64,000 bases of DNA from Octopus vulgaris (lineage: Eukaryota): contig OX597816.1 in NCBI GenBank assembly GCA_951406725.2, positions 88,784,001-88,848,000 of the forward strand. The letters are read 5' to 3'. The notes beneath the pieces were generated by a model, which was given only the letters and a program-made list of their open reading frames with translations, did not search any database and had not been told where the DNA came from. Positions within the stretch are counted from its first letter, which is position 1; each line of letters begins with the position of its first letter. Made by a program: the position numbers and the translations under genes. This document shows, piece after piece, positions 1 through 14,711 of the stretch.

Positions 1-1040
1 GAAAGCACGCTAGCCCAGCATTGTTGAGGTGTTTGCCCAAACTGCTGGCACTGGCGTCCGTCAGTCTAGGATTGTAGATTTGTTTGTCGACAACATGCTA
101 CCACACCATATGATGGAGTCGCCCGCTTTAGCCGGCCTGAACAAAACGCTGAGCTCCAGCAAGACGTCGATGTCCCACCACACTCTGGGCAGGATGATTT
201 TGGCCCGCCATAAACAAGGTATTTATAAGTGAAAATGATACATGATTATTAAATCATTACTATGGCGTACTTCATATTTTCTTAATTTAATTTAATAATT
301 TAATTATTTTTTGAATAGTTATTTTCTTAATTAATGTAATAAAATGTATAATAGCTAATTAAAATGAATATCATAATATATGATATACGGTAACGGTTAT
401 TTTTAATACTTTTCCCGCTGGATTAAGTGTTCGTTTCTCTTTTTGTCTTCTGTAATTTTACTTTGGGATCTTCTATATATATGAAGAATTTTCCTCCGCC
501 TGGCTGTTTTTTTCTCTACAAAACGAGAAGATGCGTTATAGAACTGTCATTTTAACGAGATTTTTTGTTTATTTATTTATCACCCGACGAGATAAGATTG
601 CACCACCGGATACACCTGTACCAGTTTTGTGTGTCCCACAAGAGGAGTCGATGCTCGCTGTGTTTACCAAATATAACACTGCCATTCCATCCAGTGCTGC
701 AGTTGACTGACAAACTAATATTAAATCTTATTTGTTCATTTAATTACTTACGTACACCTTGATTATAATCTGATCTTGGGATGCTATACCTGTTTGGAAA
801 GCTATATGTCTATACTACTTCACGAACATTTTTAACTATCTAGGTTTCTTTTTAAGGGCTTTAAACCCAAAAAGCAAACCGAAATTGAATTCATATGATA
901 AAAGTTAGAACTTATCAGCTAGCGTTAGCTTCCGCTAAGTATTTACCTGTTCAGCAGTTTAGCGTTTGCGAAGCTAACATTTTAGTTGGTGGTTTAGCTG
1001 TTAGCGCAGCTAATATTTTGGTTAGCTGTGCCCACCACTG
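1..1040 (+). mobile_element. Right end of a decayed hAT-like DNA transposon with a transposase fragment
   Basis: ORF 29-232 (IVDLFVDNMLPHHMMESPALAGLNKTL..SHHTLGRMI) resembles the hAT 'D..P...VE..GF..L...PSR.T' segment. Terminus 1021-1040 reads CAGTGGTGGGCACAGCTAAC on the minus strand (hAT-like CAG start). Clustered TTAGC/GCTAA subterminal motifs at 915-1030. Confidence 0.6.
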
Positions 1041-1279
1041 ATCATTTGGTTCAAGGTAATAAATCAAGGTATGTTAAATAATACTTTAATGATGCTACTA
1101 GTTCACCATTACTTAATATGTATACATGAATGTTTGCGTACGTGTGTATATACATATATTGCTGTAAAGCGGTCTTTTACCACTTTAGTATCTGTCTTTT
1201 TACGACTGTTGTCGTTCTGATTTTGTGGTATTCCGAAATCATCGATAGAATGTTTCTATCTAACACTGTACGACCCCCA

Positions 1280-1555
1280 GTCGTAACAATGTTATTATCC
1301 TCAGAAGGCTGGAGCGTAATAAAGTCCACTCAGTGTTCCAGTATGATTACTATATTTTTGTTGTTGTTGCTGTGTTCTTTTTTTTTGTTCCTTGAGTTGT
1401 CATTGTTGCTGTGTTTGTCGAGTTATTTCATTTTCCACGTGAATTAGTTTAAACTCTCTGTGTAAATGGGTTTTTTTCACTGTCGTGACAGTGTTATCCT
1501 CAAAAGGTTGGAGCGTTATAACGTCTACTCAGTATTACAGTATAATTACTATATT
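1280..1555 (+). repeat. Diverged direct repeat of ~75 bp (1280-1356 and 1482-1555)
   Basis: gtcgtaacaatgttattatcctcagaaggctggagcgtaataaagtccactcagt.. versus gtcgtgacagtgttatcctcaaaaggttggagcgttataacgtctactcagt.. Confidence 0.8.
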
Positions 1556-1699
1556 AGTACAGACACAACTATCAACACAGTCTTCATGTAATCTCGACCT
1601 TCTGACCTTCTCCTGTCGGCCGGCTATAGGTCTATTTATAATAGCTCCCTACTGCCACTTTTTCCCGGCAGGGGTGTACAGTCTCACTATACAGCATAT

Positions 1700-1738
<39 letters not shown>

Positions 1739-4179
1739 AATATATATATATATATGTGTATGTGTGTGTACAGAGAGAGACAGCCAGCCAGAGGAGTCAA
1801 CGATGTTATGTATGTGTGTGTGTGCATACAGTTTTATATATACCTTTATACGTGCAAGCAAAGATCACTCAATACATTGGGAAGAATTCAACATACATTA
1901 ATAAGATTTTCACGCGTAACTAAAATACGTGATTATTCAGATGCCCCTAGTTAATAGGGATTCAGCTTCTACTCGCTGTAAAAGTAATTCATATTGCTCA
2001 GCTCTTATTGATGAAGCTTAATCACGATGTGACTGTGGGAACTGGTTTGCGTCTGTGCTTATCAGAAATCGTTGAGCAATTTGGCTTTATTATTCATGGT
2101 TTGCAACCGCAAATTTGTATAGGATATTCATTAGCAGGAAGATTTCCAAGGGAAGCATTCACCAGAAAATAAAATTGTACGTTTTCAAAATACTTGATAT
2201 CTATATCTCTGTGAAACTATTAATGAATTGATTACTGCTATTTTCAGCGTATAGTAAAACATTATAAGAACCATACTGAGAAATGAAAGCACGCAACTAA
2301 TTCGTGGTACATGTATAGCTAGTGGTTAATTGTTGCATTGAGTTCAATCCTGAGTTCAATTATGGCAAGGGATGGGCTGATACAGCAGTTGCTTGGTAAT
2401 TAAATCATATGTTACTAATATGCTGCAAGAAATTAGTCATCATAAATATTCGAAGAATGTATAGAATTATGATGAGTGAAAATAATTGTTTGACGTTTAC
2501 TTATATTGATATAATGGGAAGAAGAGATGAACCCCTACGTTGGCAAAATGTTCGAACAAATATAACGTTAACAAGAAGCTGATAGATTACCTGAAAGTTA
2601 AGTCTAAATTGTGTAACGACTAATTTGTCCCTTAATATATTACATTGATTCTGTTAGATAACTACGCAAAGGTATTCATGTCCGTGGAGTGTTCAAGTAT
2701 CTACGGTGTAAATTTGATGAACAATTCAGTGTGCTGAACTGGATCATCAAAGCAGAACGACGGAGATCCAACTGATAATGAAAATACAATTAAATTGTTT
2801 TGCCCCAATTTATACAACGGTGCAATACTTTTCAATATGAAATATATCAGTTATATCTGAATTTGATAGCGTGAATAAATCATATATTTGTTATTTAATG
2901 TTCCGAAATGAAAAATCAATCAAAGAAACTTATAGCTATTTATTAGAGGTTGATTCATATTTCCCGATGACAGAAAGGATACTTTATACAAACTTGGAGG
3001 CAACTAAATTGATAGGCCTCCCTTCCATGTAGAGTGCAAGCGCTGGTTTTGTGAATTAATAAAGCATAACATTCAATAAATAAGATAGAAGTAAAACAGT
3101 TTCTTGGAGGGATGGTGGGGCATTATTTGTCTTTTTTTAACTATACACATTACTAAAATTTCCATGAAAAGAAACTACAGCGATTAAACAAATGTTCTAT
3201 ACGTAGCAAACTAATTTCAGCTTGTTCTTTCACCTTCAAAACAGATGTGTTACTCATGACCTCAGTTACACAACGTTTTGTAGACCATAGTTGTTCATAT
3301 TAAACAAATGTTCGCAGGGAACCCTAAATTGGTCTGTTCTAATTTAAATAACATTGAAAACGCCGACCACATGAATTATTCATTTAAAAAGACCACTACT
3401 TATCATCATGGTGGACAGAGATAGGTGTGTTTATAAATAAAGTAATATTTCTAACATCATTATGAAGAGTAGATTTACAAATTGAATAAGTATTTTCTAT
3501 CTGTGACCAGAAATATGAGATCAGTTTGACTGATAAATATGTTTGTAACTCTCCAAAAGTTATCGGTTACTGTTGTTTACTGATCACGACAAAACACAAA
3601 ATTTTAGATAGGAAGGTATGCGCATTGATTTACTCCAGCTACAGCTAGAGAAAAAGGCAGTGCGCATGTTTCACAAGTCCCCCAGAGCTAGTAACTTTGG
3701 TGCATTAATGTTCTGCTTAAGCTATCAGACATTTAAACAATTGGACACTTGAAGGGATGGCAGGAGTGGATGGCTAACTATCTGGTGATGGGTGACTAAG
3801 GATAATGTGAATATTGGACGAAGACGGGCACAATATTCGCAATAAGGAGAGATTTGTAAACTGAGAGTGCATGACTGGAAGTGGTAATGAGTCCAGTAAA
3901 ATCTGAGCTATAGAGTGCTTTAAAGTGCAGTAAAATGGGAACAGTGCACTTGTGAACAAGTTGTTGGTTTGTGTCTGTGAGTGATTTTCTACTAATTTAT
4001 TGAATATCCTTTTTTTATACAGATCAACGTCATGAAGAGAAAGATCAATTTTTAAAATAAGTTATAGATGTGTCAAAGTTTTTCAGCAGGAATGATAAAA
4101 GTTTATAGTAAGACTAAACAATTTAGGCGCCCGTGGGGCTCTAGTTGCATGTTGGTGTGATGCAAGGTCTTTCTTTATA

Positions 4180-4360
4180 TTGGTTTCAAATTTTGGCCCA
4201 CGTCCAGCAAGTTCCGGGTAGGAGGACCGGTACTTGACTGGTACTTATTTGTTCGACCCCGAAAGGATGAAAGGCAAAGTTGACCTTGGCGGACTTGGAA
4301 CTCAGAACGTAAAAACGTACAAAATGCCGCGTAGCGCTATCGATTTTACCAGCTCGCTGT
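4180..4360 (-). mobile_element. tRNA-derived SINE, family A (diverged copy)
   Basis: Shares the core cgaccccgaaaggatgaaaggcaaagt.gacct.ggcgg...gaactcagaacgt with copies at 9383, 23880, 29745, 32430, 32960 and 62592. Confidence 0.8.
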
Positions 4361-6756
4361 TATATTCTTTCTGTATATTAGCAGCGATATAGTTTATTGG
4401 GGGATACTTTCAAGGTCCTCCTTCATCGGCTCAGTACAAATTTGTCGTGTGGTGGAGGATGAGCTGCTTTGGAGAATGAAACATAATATCAACTGCATAA
4501 AAGTGGACGTTGCACAGCATAACATCATGTAACACGGGTAGACCTAGTGAACTCGTTTTCCATAGTTTTATTAGAAACTAACTTATCACGCTCCTTAGCA
4601 GAAAGCCAATGAATGATTATAGCTAATTTGAGTATTGATAAAAGTTCAAATAGAATTATACTGGTCGGTCATTATTTGCATAAATGTGTAAGCCCAGGCA
4701 AAGCCAAGGAATTAATTGACTGAATGTCTACGTTGATTTATGGTAATTAGTAGATGGTAAATTTACGCGTTGTATATTAAACAGAAATTTTTAAACTCGA
4801 TTTTTAAAATTCTGTAGTCTAGTACAATTGCGTACTTGTATATATATATATATATATATCCAAAACGAGGTTTGACTACTTTCTGCTTTGTTATGTCTCT
4901 TAATCAAATATCAATGAATTGCGTTATCGACTTGTAGGGTAGCAGTTCTTAGCTTTTTTAAAATAACACAATCTAAAATAGACCTAACTTCATGTATTCA
5001 AATTTACAAGTTTTAAGTATGCGAATTATTTCAAGTATGACCGAATTCCATATTATGATAAAACTATATAATATGATTTTCGCTTCAGTAATAGCAAATC
5101 AACCTGAATAGTTTTGGCAATTTTACGCGATTGTTTTCACATTTTTCGATCACCGAAATAATAGTAGCTTATACTTAATCATTCTGTAATAAAGTTGAAT
5201 AGAATGAAATTAGTATGTGTTAGGTTACATGGCAGTTCAAATGCTGTTAAGATGAATTAATTAATGAATAGAAGCATTACATGAAGTTTGAATAAACAGA
5301 GATGAAATTATGCTAACGTTATGGAAGCTTGCTTTTCGCTAAACACGTTTAGCCAGGCTGTGGAAGCAACTTACTTTGGTTAAACATTTTTTTTTATATG
5401 AAGCTAGAAAAAATATCGAACTATTTTCAGCTTTTTTAAATAAGTAAATGATGAGTTAATAATGATCAAGACAGTAGAGAGAATAGTAGTTTGTAGCGTT
5501 TACTTGCATACAGGAACCTAAACTTGCCTTGCCCTAATTTGGAAAACGTTTCAAGTGATTGCAAAAATTTAATCAATAGCAGTTCCACATGGCGTTATGA
5601 TAACAAAAGTGCGTGTGTTTATTTCTCACTATAATTTCGACTTTACTGCGAAATATAGGTATTTTTCTTATACGTTTAAAGTGTTTGGTCTGTGGTTAGA
5701 AAAACGAAATCGAAAAGCTAAGCTTAATTAATTAGTTGCTCATTTACCTTATTATTGAGAGGTTAGTAACTTTTATCTAATTATATTTTCTGCATATTCA
5801 AGTAGGCTATAATCATTGTACTTTAATTGGAAAACAAGGGCAAAGTAAGGATATAGAGCAAACTTATATGTATGCACTTTTTAGTAACTTCACTTATCGG
5901 ATTTTGAAATCAGAATTTAAACAGATGTAAAGATACTGCAAAGCAACTTATCTGACGATCAAACGTTGTTACTTGTTCACTGCTCTGAATTTTAAACTCT
6001 ACAATGATCAAAATTATGGTTGACTTTGACATGATTCGAACTTATGTCTCATAGCACAAGAATAAAACCAGTAAAACAATTTGTCGAACTCTCTAACGAT
6101 TTTGCTAGCTCACCATTTGCAATACATAGATTCACACAAATCACATGATTTCTAACCGGACACATAACCTGATAATTTTATATTCACAACGAAAACAGTT
6201 TATTTCGCCAACGAAAATACAAAAACCAAAAGTAAAAAACAAAATGAAAGTTAAATTTAATGCCATCAATCCGTTTGCAAAGAAATAGACGATTTAAACA
6301 CATTAAAAAAAATCGAAAAGTTAAAAAAAAAATTGTAATTACAATACAAACTATTTTCGGTTTCACCTTCATCAGAAAAATAAAGCACGAGACGTCGTAG
6401 ATTCTGGTGTAAATCCCAAAGATAACAATTAGTGTGTTTTGATGGGAATTTATTTGTCATTAATATATGTTACTTTTAAGAAGATATATTCTGTATTGAA
6501 GATGGACATTCGCCAACTGGACGCATTGTTTAAATTATAATTTGTTGCTCACTTTGTTGTTTATGCTATGGCAACGGTGAAAGTTAATGATGATGAGAGT
6601 TATACTGTTTTTCTTCGCAATTTTTTTGTTCACGTTGCTGCTAATGTATGTGTTAATGGTAGCTATCACTTTGCTGCTACTGCTGCTAATGAAGATGATG
6701 ATGGCGGGGAAGCATGGTGGTGGTTGTGGTGGTGATAATGATGATGGCAATAAAGA

Positions 6757-6840
6757 GGAAGAAGAAGAAGAAGAAGAAGAAGAAGAAGAAGAAGAGAAGA
6801 AGAAGAAGAAGAAGAAGAAGAAGAAGAAGAAGAAGAAGAA
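6757..6840. repeat. (GAA)n microsatellite
   Basis: Direct reading; explains the poly-E/K/S/F ORFs. Confidence 0.95.
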
Positions 6841-7305
6841 CGCGGTGGTGATAGTGACATTTTTAGGAGGCGTTACCTTGTGTTTCCGTATTTGTAGTTT
6901 CATTTGTATACCACGACTACAAGAGTTATTTCTAAACTCAAGGAATATAAGTTTGAAAGCAGGGGCAACGAGGGGGAGTTCTAGATATATCTTGTCACAA
7001 CTACATACCGTTTAAATGCACACACAGGAAATTTCCGATGCCCAAGCGCCATGTCCAGCGGCTGACTTACGATGTAATAGCCGACCTGCTTAGTACTGAT
7101 ATAAATTTGTTATAAATAGTAAAAATGGTTCATCCTTTAATGTTGGAAATCTATGTGGTCATCTGCTTCTGAGATGAGCAGCTTCTTTCAAATCAATGTA
7201 ATGTTTTCATTGATCGATTAAATGTAGCCGCTTGAAAAGGCCGTAATGCATTGATACATGGACAACCTTGTTACTTACTTGTATGTGTATATACATACAT
7301 ACACA

Positions 7306-7354
<49 letters not shown>

Positions 7355-7612
7355 TAATAAATGAAATAAAACATATGCATATATATAAACATATATGTAC
7401 GTACCTACCTCTACATGTACATATACACGCATATATGAGTACAGGACACCAAAGGGACGTCGAACACAAAGAGAACCGAAAACATAGACACAAACCAAAG
7501 GAACTGTACATTTTTTAAAAAAAGCAACAAAAAATGGAGTACAGGACAATCAACACAATGAAAAAACCCCTTCTTCAGTCGCTATGGTTTCATCTACTCT
7601 ACGTTTCGAAGG

Positions 7613-7742
<130 letters not shown>

Positions 7743-8278
7743 GTTAAGATTCGAAGCCGATAACATTGTATTTTTACGACACTGGAAAGCATATTCCAAG
7801 CCGTTCTTTTCATTAACGAATAGTGCTTTCTATTTTTACGCTATCTGTATCTAGTAGACTTTGAAATGATCAACACATTGAATGCGTTAACATTAATTTA
7901 AATACAAAATATTACTTCATCATAGCTGATATGTTATTCTTCAAATTTCCAAAAAACGCTCCTTGACATTTTCGGAAATTCGAAGGATTCAGTCATTACA
8001 TTTCAGCCGCATTACTTTTAAAATATTAGTTCACGTTTTCACATAAAACATAAAACCTACATACAAACTCACTTACGATGCAATGTTTATTGTTCCCTTT
8101 TTTTTTCATAATCTTCATCATTGGAATTACCATGATGATATAAGTCAACTGAAGCAATAAGTTACTATAAAAACAGAGTGTCAAACAGAGGACAATTGAA
8201 TGATGTGGCGAAAACGCCGTTCACAAAATCTCTTTCGGTGTTCTCCTGTCACTGGGCCTCTGTTTGCCTCTCGGTCTC

Positions 8279-8665
8279 TGCAGCAGTGGCTGTGTGGTAA
8301 GTAGCTTGCTTACCAATCACATGGTTCTGGGTTCAGTGCCACTATGTGGACCTTCAGCAAGTGTCTTCTGCTATAGCCTCAGGCCGAACAAAGCCTTGTG
8401 AGTGGATTTGCTAGACGGAAACTGAAAGAAGCCCGTTGTATATGCATACGCATGTATGTTTTTGTCCCACTACCACCACCACAATCGCTTGACAACCGAT
8501 GCTGGTGTGTTTACGTCTTCATAACTTAGTGGTTCCGCAAAAGAGACCGATAGAATAAGTACTAGGCTTACAAAAGAATAAGTTCTGGGGTGGATTTTTT
8601 CGACTAAAGGCGGTGCTCTATCATGGCCGCAGTCAACTGACTGAAACAAATAAAAGAATAAAAGA

Positions 8666-8668
<3 letters not shown>
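8279..8668 (+). mobile_element. tRNA-derived SINE, family B, near full length
   Basis: Head with A/B-box-like TGGCTGTGTGG..GGTTCAGTGCC, body ..gacggaaactgaaagaagccc, tail ggcggtgc..catggccgcagtc..ctgaaacaaataaaagaata. Pieces recur at about 36820(-), 39305, 49181, 59905 and 62215. Confidence 0.85.
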
Positions 8669-8717
<49 letters not shown>

Positions 8718-9382
8718 CACGCAGACATATCTCTGTTCCTATGATATATTGTATGTTATATGTGTGTGTATTTGAATGTGGCTGCTTGTTTTGAGAAAAC
8801 ATCATAACTTTTAATGAAAGATCAATTTTCAAAGTCAATTCGTTGCATCATAATTCAGAATAAATCTAGCTGTCTATATTCTAATATAAACTCGTTATTA
8901 TCGGTTCTGATAAGCAATAATGAGACAATTATAACACGGCACTTCGAGACTAACCTTTTACCTATTTTAATATTCATGAAACCTCGTCAAAACAAGAGAC
9001 GTTCAGTAGCAAAAGATCAGATTGCAATTAGGCAAACATTTGTGAAAATCTAAAAGTTCACACTTTTCACTTCTAAATATATTCATTCAATCCATCCTCA
9101 TTGAACCTCGATTTATTTGATCTGATAAAATTTAACGTTTCCAAACGCATCATGTTTCAGACTTACTCAATGAATACTTACACAAACAGAAAATATAACA
9201 CACATAAAAATATCCGCATGCTTTTATTTTCCAACTCATTCACATTGGTATATAATTATGTACATACGTACATACGTAGACACTTACACACGCATACATA
9301 AATACACACACACATATATATATTTACATGTACACATACATTTTATGTATGTATGTATCTATCTATTTATTATTTCATTATT

Positions 9383-9602
9383 GCCCACAAGGGGCTAAAC
9401 ATAGAGGGGACAAACAAGAATAGACAAAGGGATTAAGTTGATTACATTGACCTCAGTGCGTAACTGGTACTTAATTTATCGACCCCGAAAGGATGAAAGG
9501 CAAAGTCGACCTCGGCGGAATTTGAACTCAGAACGTAGCAGCAGACGAAATAACGGTAAGCATTTCACCCGGCGTGCTAACGACTCTGCCAGCTCGCCGC
9601 CT
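9383..9602 (-). mobile_element. SINE family A
   Basis: Minus strand GGCGGCGAGCTGGCAGAGTCGTTAGCACG..GAGTTCAAATTCC (B box) followed by GCCTTTCATCCTTTCGGGGTCGATAAA. Confidence 0.9.
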
Positions 9603-10033
9603 TATCTATCTACTTGTGTATGTATGTGGGGATAAGTGATGACGAAATTAATTCCGAGGTAATATCTGAAACTTTCGCATAGTAGAGTGGAGTATAATAC
9701 ACTAAATATAATTCCAAGATTAAGTGTACAACCCAGTGTTGTATAAAATAGAAGAGAAAATATTAAGACGATGATAATTTCAGAGTGAGAATATTGGTAC
9801 GCGTTTATAAGAAAAGTATAAACCCGTAAAACAAAGTGTAAACAAAATGCAGAGGTCTCAGGAAATGGAAGTGGAAATGTTCGTGACATTTCGAAGTTCA
9901 AGAGTTCGTTGGAATGAAGGAAAGAGAGAAATAGATTCGTGAGTAACAGAACTTAAGAGAAAATGCGTCTTACTTCACCATGTTAGAAATGATAGGAAAT
10001 TAGTGAGAAAATTTTTAGCAGGAAAGAACGATA

Positions 10034-10081
<48 letters not shown>

Positions 10082-10514
10082 ATATATATATATATATATG
10101 GGGAAAATAAGGAGAAAAAGCGAAAATGCGCATTGAATATCCCCAAAAGTAATGGCTTTTTTATGAAAAGTAGCGATAAATTTAGTTACAATTAGATGAA
10201 CTGAGGTAGAATTAAGAGGAATTAAATTCATTATTTTGAATTGTTAAAGAGATTCAAAGTCAAACCGGTATCGTCATTGCTGTTCACTGGTTCCCATAAA
10301 TCTCCTCACATAACCCCAGAAACAACGAAACCTTCAACATTATCACCTCAAGTCATCCATTCTCACAGGAAATAAAACAATGAACAAATTTTAGGCTCAC
10401 ACAAAATTATCAAAAGCAAAATACAACCGAAATCGTTGAAAAAATATTAACCAACGCAAGATTTTATCTATTAACAACGGAAGCAAAAGTGAAAGAAATG
10501 CGGTCGGCCTATCA

Positions 10515-12040
10515 TTTCTTATGGATTTCAGCCAGAGGCTGAGGCCATGCTGCTGCACCGTCTTTACTGCATCCGGGGATTTTTCCAGTATTGCTTCTGG
10601 TGAAGTAGCGAGTTGAAGGTTGCCGCTCTTCTTTATACCTCCTACCTCGATGCGGTTTTATCTGGAATTGTAGATAAAAAACTGTCTAGAGGTTTTTTGA
10701 AAATCTCTATGTCTACACCTTGCCAATCCCTGATGTTATGTGGTAGGGCATTAACATTTGTCGTCTCTTTAATCCCAAGCTATTTTAATATTGGTTTCGT
10801 AATCTCGATGGATAATATTTTGATACTGTGCAGTGCCGTCCAGTTCAGGAATAGGTTGTAGATTTCAATTACGAAATTTGGAGCCAGACTCTCCATTATT
10901 TTCCACATGTCCATCACTGTATATCTCTCACGTCTACTCTCCAGGGAGTAGAGTCCTAGTTCCCTTAATGTCTCCCAATATCCCATGTGTTTGCACAGTT
11001 TATCTTCGTTGTGAAGTGGCGTTTGGATTGCTTCTGGTTCCGCAATTAGTTTTACACCCACAGTTGGGAGCAATAGTCCAGATGCCCGAGGACAGAGGTT
11101 CTCCAAAGCAGAAGTATTATGTCTGTATTCCTGGTCTTGAAGGATCTAAGGATCCAACCATCCACCCACCTGCATAGAGTTGCTATCTGAGCAATGTGCA
11201 CACGGAAGGCTGCATCCTGCTCATATGGATTCCCAGGTCACGCACCGACTCTAACTTTGAGATTATATTGCCTGCTGGTCCTGTGTACTTCAGCTGTAGT
11301 CTGTTCCTGAGCTGATAGCAGAGTGCTTGAAATTTTGCACCATTGATCTACATAGTATTATCATTACATTTATATATTGCTTGTTGGTCATTCTGTGGTG
11401 TTAGAATATCAGTAGGATCCTTGACCGCTTGCGATACTTTTGTACCGTCGATGTGGCTGGTGAGTGTGCCTGACTCTATGACTGAGGTCATATCCGGGAG
11501 AGCAACCACAAACAGTATGGATCCAACACTGTTCCCTGAGGGACTCCACTGAGAATTAGTGTCACTTCGGAGACAGCACCATTTGTTTGGGTCAGCCTGA
11601 CTTCTGCCCCTCAGGAAATCAGGCAACCACTCTCCCGGTCTGCCAGCGATACCGAGGTCACGCAATTTGTGACGTATCATTTCCATGATTGACATTGTCA
11701 AGCGCCTTGGCAAAGTCAAGATATATCACATCCAGATTTGAATGGTTGAGCTGTTGTTTTAGTACCCAGTCGAAGTGCTGTAGTAGCTGTGTTAGACAGC
11801 TTCGTCCACGTTGAAAACTATGCTGCGTGTCTGTAACCAAGTCATTTTCTCTAGGAACGTGGTCAGTCTTTTTCTGACTATGCGTTCCATGAACTTGCTG
11901 ACACGTGAGGTCGGAGAGATAGGTCTGTAGTTTATATCATCTGCTCTGCTTCCAGGGCAGATTATTTCTTCTTTCTTTTAACGTTTGAAGAAATGTACTG
12001 CATTCAAGGGAACACTGGAAAAGCATTTGCAGTGGTTTTG
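10515..12040 (-). mobile_element. CR1-like non-LTR retrotransposon, 5'-truncated, RT pseudogene
   Basis: Frameshifted RT motifs QHSFQRGRSCLTQLL, DVIYLDFAKALD, GILFVVALPDM and LRELGLYSLESRRERY; homologous to the copy at 53166-54770. Confidence 0.9.
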
Positions 12041-12107
12041 CATGTATATGTAAGTACATATACGTGTGTGTGTATATATATATATGTATTTATGTATGTA
12101 TGATATA

Positions 12108-12160
<53 letters not shown>

Positions 12161-12926
12161 CACACAAATACATATATATAGAGAGAAAAAGAGAGAGAAA
12201 GGAAGAAAATGAAAGAAAAAAGAAAGAAAGAGTATATATCTATTAATGTGTAAGGATGGACTGAGTCTGAATTATGTGTAAATAAAGTTATTAACCACGT
12301 GTAAAGCTTAAAGTCAAGTTAAAATGAAATATGATGAAACATTTTAACGCAGGAAACAACATGAAACATTCTTTTAACAGGAAACCACCATTTTCAAGGA
12401 AAATTTGCAAACTTTCATAATTGCTTCAACCAGAATTTTTTCGCACATTTCACGTGTTATGGAACCTTCTTGTCTTTAATGAAACCCTTTATATTTTGAA
12501 GTATTTTGTTTTCTTTTTATTGTCTGAAACCTTATTCTTAATAGAGCCACATAAAAAAATTATAATAATCGAAAGCTATGAGGTCAGAATGGTTTGCTGC
12601 CTAAATCTGCAGTTTATCTCTCGCAGGCTACCAAGACGTACTGCTTAGGAATAATTCAATGTAACAGAAAAAATAAAACCGGACGCTGAATTATCTGCTT
12701 CAAACAAGTTAGGTCTTTTTTTAAAGTCTTACCTTTGCTGCAAATCGCTCATTTAGTTGTCTTGATAATATTTTCTCGAGATCAGTACACTAATATGTCA
12801 AATCTATATTCACTTTTGTGCAAATCTATCAGGGAAGCAGTATTCTATTCGTTTGAAAACATACCGTAGGTAAAGAAGGATATTTGAAATAGGCTTTTAT
12901 GTTTTGGAATAAGTATTAACTATTCT

Positions 12927-13254
12927 GGAGATGTACTTGCATAGCAAGTGACCTGATCTGAGATCGTGTGCTGAAACGAAAACATTGCAGCGTGGAAGGT
13001 CTTTATAAGCCATTTAAGAAACACACAAAAACCGTTAAATTCACTTCAACATTTAAATTTAATTTGTCAAAATATTTTCGTCGCTTTGAGACCGCGACCT
13101 GTTCACTGAGATGCAGCACGGAATTTTATCAGTGAACAAGTCACGGTCTAAAAGCGATGAAATATTTTGGCATATTAAATTCAAATGTTGAAGTGAATCC
13201 AACGGGTTTTATGTGTTTCTTAAATGGCTTATAAACACCTTCCACGCTGCAATT
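12927..13254. mobile_element. Foldback insertion (~125-bp arms) with 14-bp TSD; probable Penelope inverted pseudo-LTR remnant
   Basis: 12984-13109 is nearly the reverse complement of 13129-13253. GTATTAACTATTCT flanks both sides (12913-12926, 13255-13268). A 57-bp unpaired extension lies on one side, and the arms contain a hammerhead-like motif. Confidence 0.8.
13067..13109 (-). ncRNA. Type I hammerhead ribozyme-like motif, G3-C8 core variant
   Basis: Minus strand: tca GTGAACA g GTCGC ggtctcaaa GCGAC GAAA atat TT tga (stem I, core, 5-bp stem II, GAAA, palindromic stem III, UH). Confidence 0.65.
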
Positions 13255-14129
13255 GTATTAACTATTCTTTCGGCTAGAATTTAATTAAGATGCCGCATTA
13301 TTCCACTAAAATATTTTAGGTTGCCTGTCATGTGCTTCAAATTTTTAGCAAAATTTGCTTAATTTGTGAAAGAAAATAGCGAAGGATTATTATGCTTTAG
13401 AATACTCTAACATTTGTTTCAGATTATTGTACATGGATATTTTTCAGATTCACATTATTTTTTGCATAACAACAACATATAAATCGTACAAACTCTACTA
13501 ATATATTTTAGTTTGACCGTATTCATGACGTTTGTGGTCTAACAAAGCTCTCTGTGCTGCTTCTATCAATGCTATTTTCCGCTACATTTGATGATAATAT
13601 TCAAAACATATTTAAAAAATATCATACTATATAGTCCGTGCAGAAACACACATACACACACACACACAAACACATACACACGAATGTATATAGATAGATA
13701 GATACAGGCATACATACATAGACATACACGCACGCACACATACACATATATATGTAAATGTATATATATATATGAGTGTGTGTGCGGTGTGTGTCTGTGT
13801 GTATGCATGTATATGGTTGGGAGATTTATGTAAGTGGTTGAGAACTTACTTATATCTGCACATTAATGAATGGCTTTTTTTCTATAAAAGAATATCATTA
13901 TTCAAAAAAAAGATAGTAAAAGTTTTTCAAGTTCAATCGTATGAAATTAGATTTCAAAAAGTCACAAAGACCCAGATACATGTTTCAGTTAAACATCCTC
14001 TAATGTAAACTCTGAATAATCAGAAGAGATTAAATAGAAGTCTGTTTCTTTTTTTTTTCTTTTTCTTTTTTGCAATTTTCTCCAGAGATTAAATTCACTT
14101 CATTTTACAAAGTTGAAAATAAATGCAAA

Positions 14130-14188
<59 letters not shown>

Positions 14189-14711
14189 TATATATATAAA
14201 TGTATGTATATGTATATATTTATATACATGCATATACAGATTTGCACATATATGTGTGTGCGTATGTGTGTGTACTTATATATATATGGATGGAGTCAGA
14301 ATATATAACGAATATATAACTTGCTTTTTTTATCTCCGAAAAGTAACTGGATTGACGTTAAAAGAAACTTACTTTGAGTAAGCGAGTACATAAAATGTTT
14401 TGTTTATTCAGCGGAATTTCTGAAACACATCAGCAAATAGACTGGATCGATAAGAAGGTTATCACAACGAATTAAATAAAGACATATATAGATATGCCTT
14501 GTAAGCATTTAATTTGACTTTGTAAACATTGTGCATCTTAAGACCATGAACGAGGCAAATAGCGAAATCTAGAGACATTCACATAATAAAGAAATGAATC
14601 TTTTTTTTAAGTTCACACACACACACACATATACATATATATGTGTGAGTGCGTGTGTATGTATGTATGTATGTATGTATGTATGTATGTATGTATGTAT
14701 GTATGTATGTA

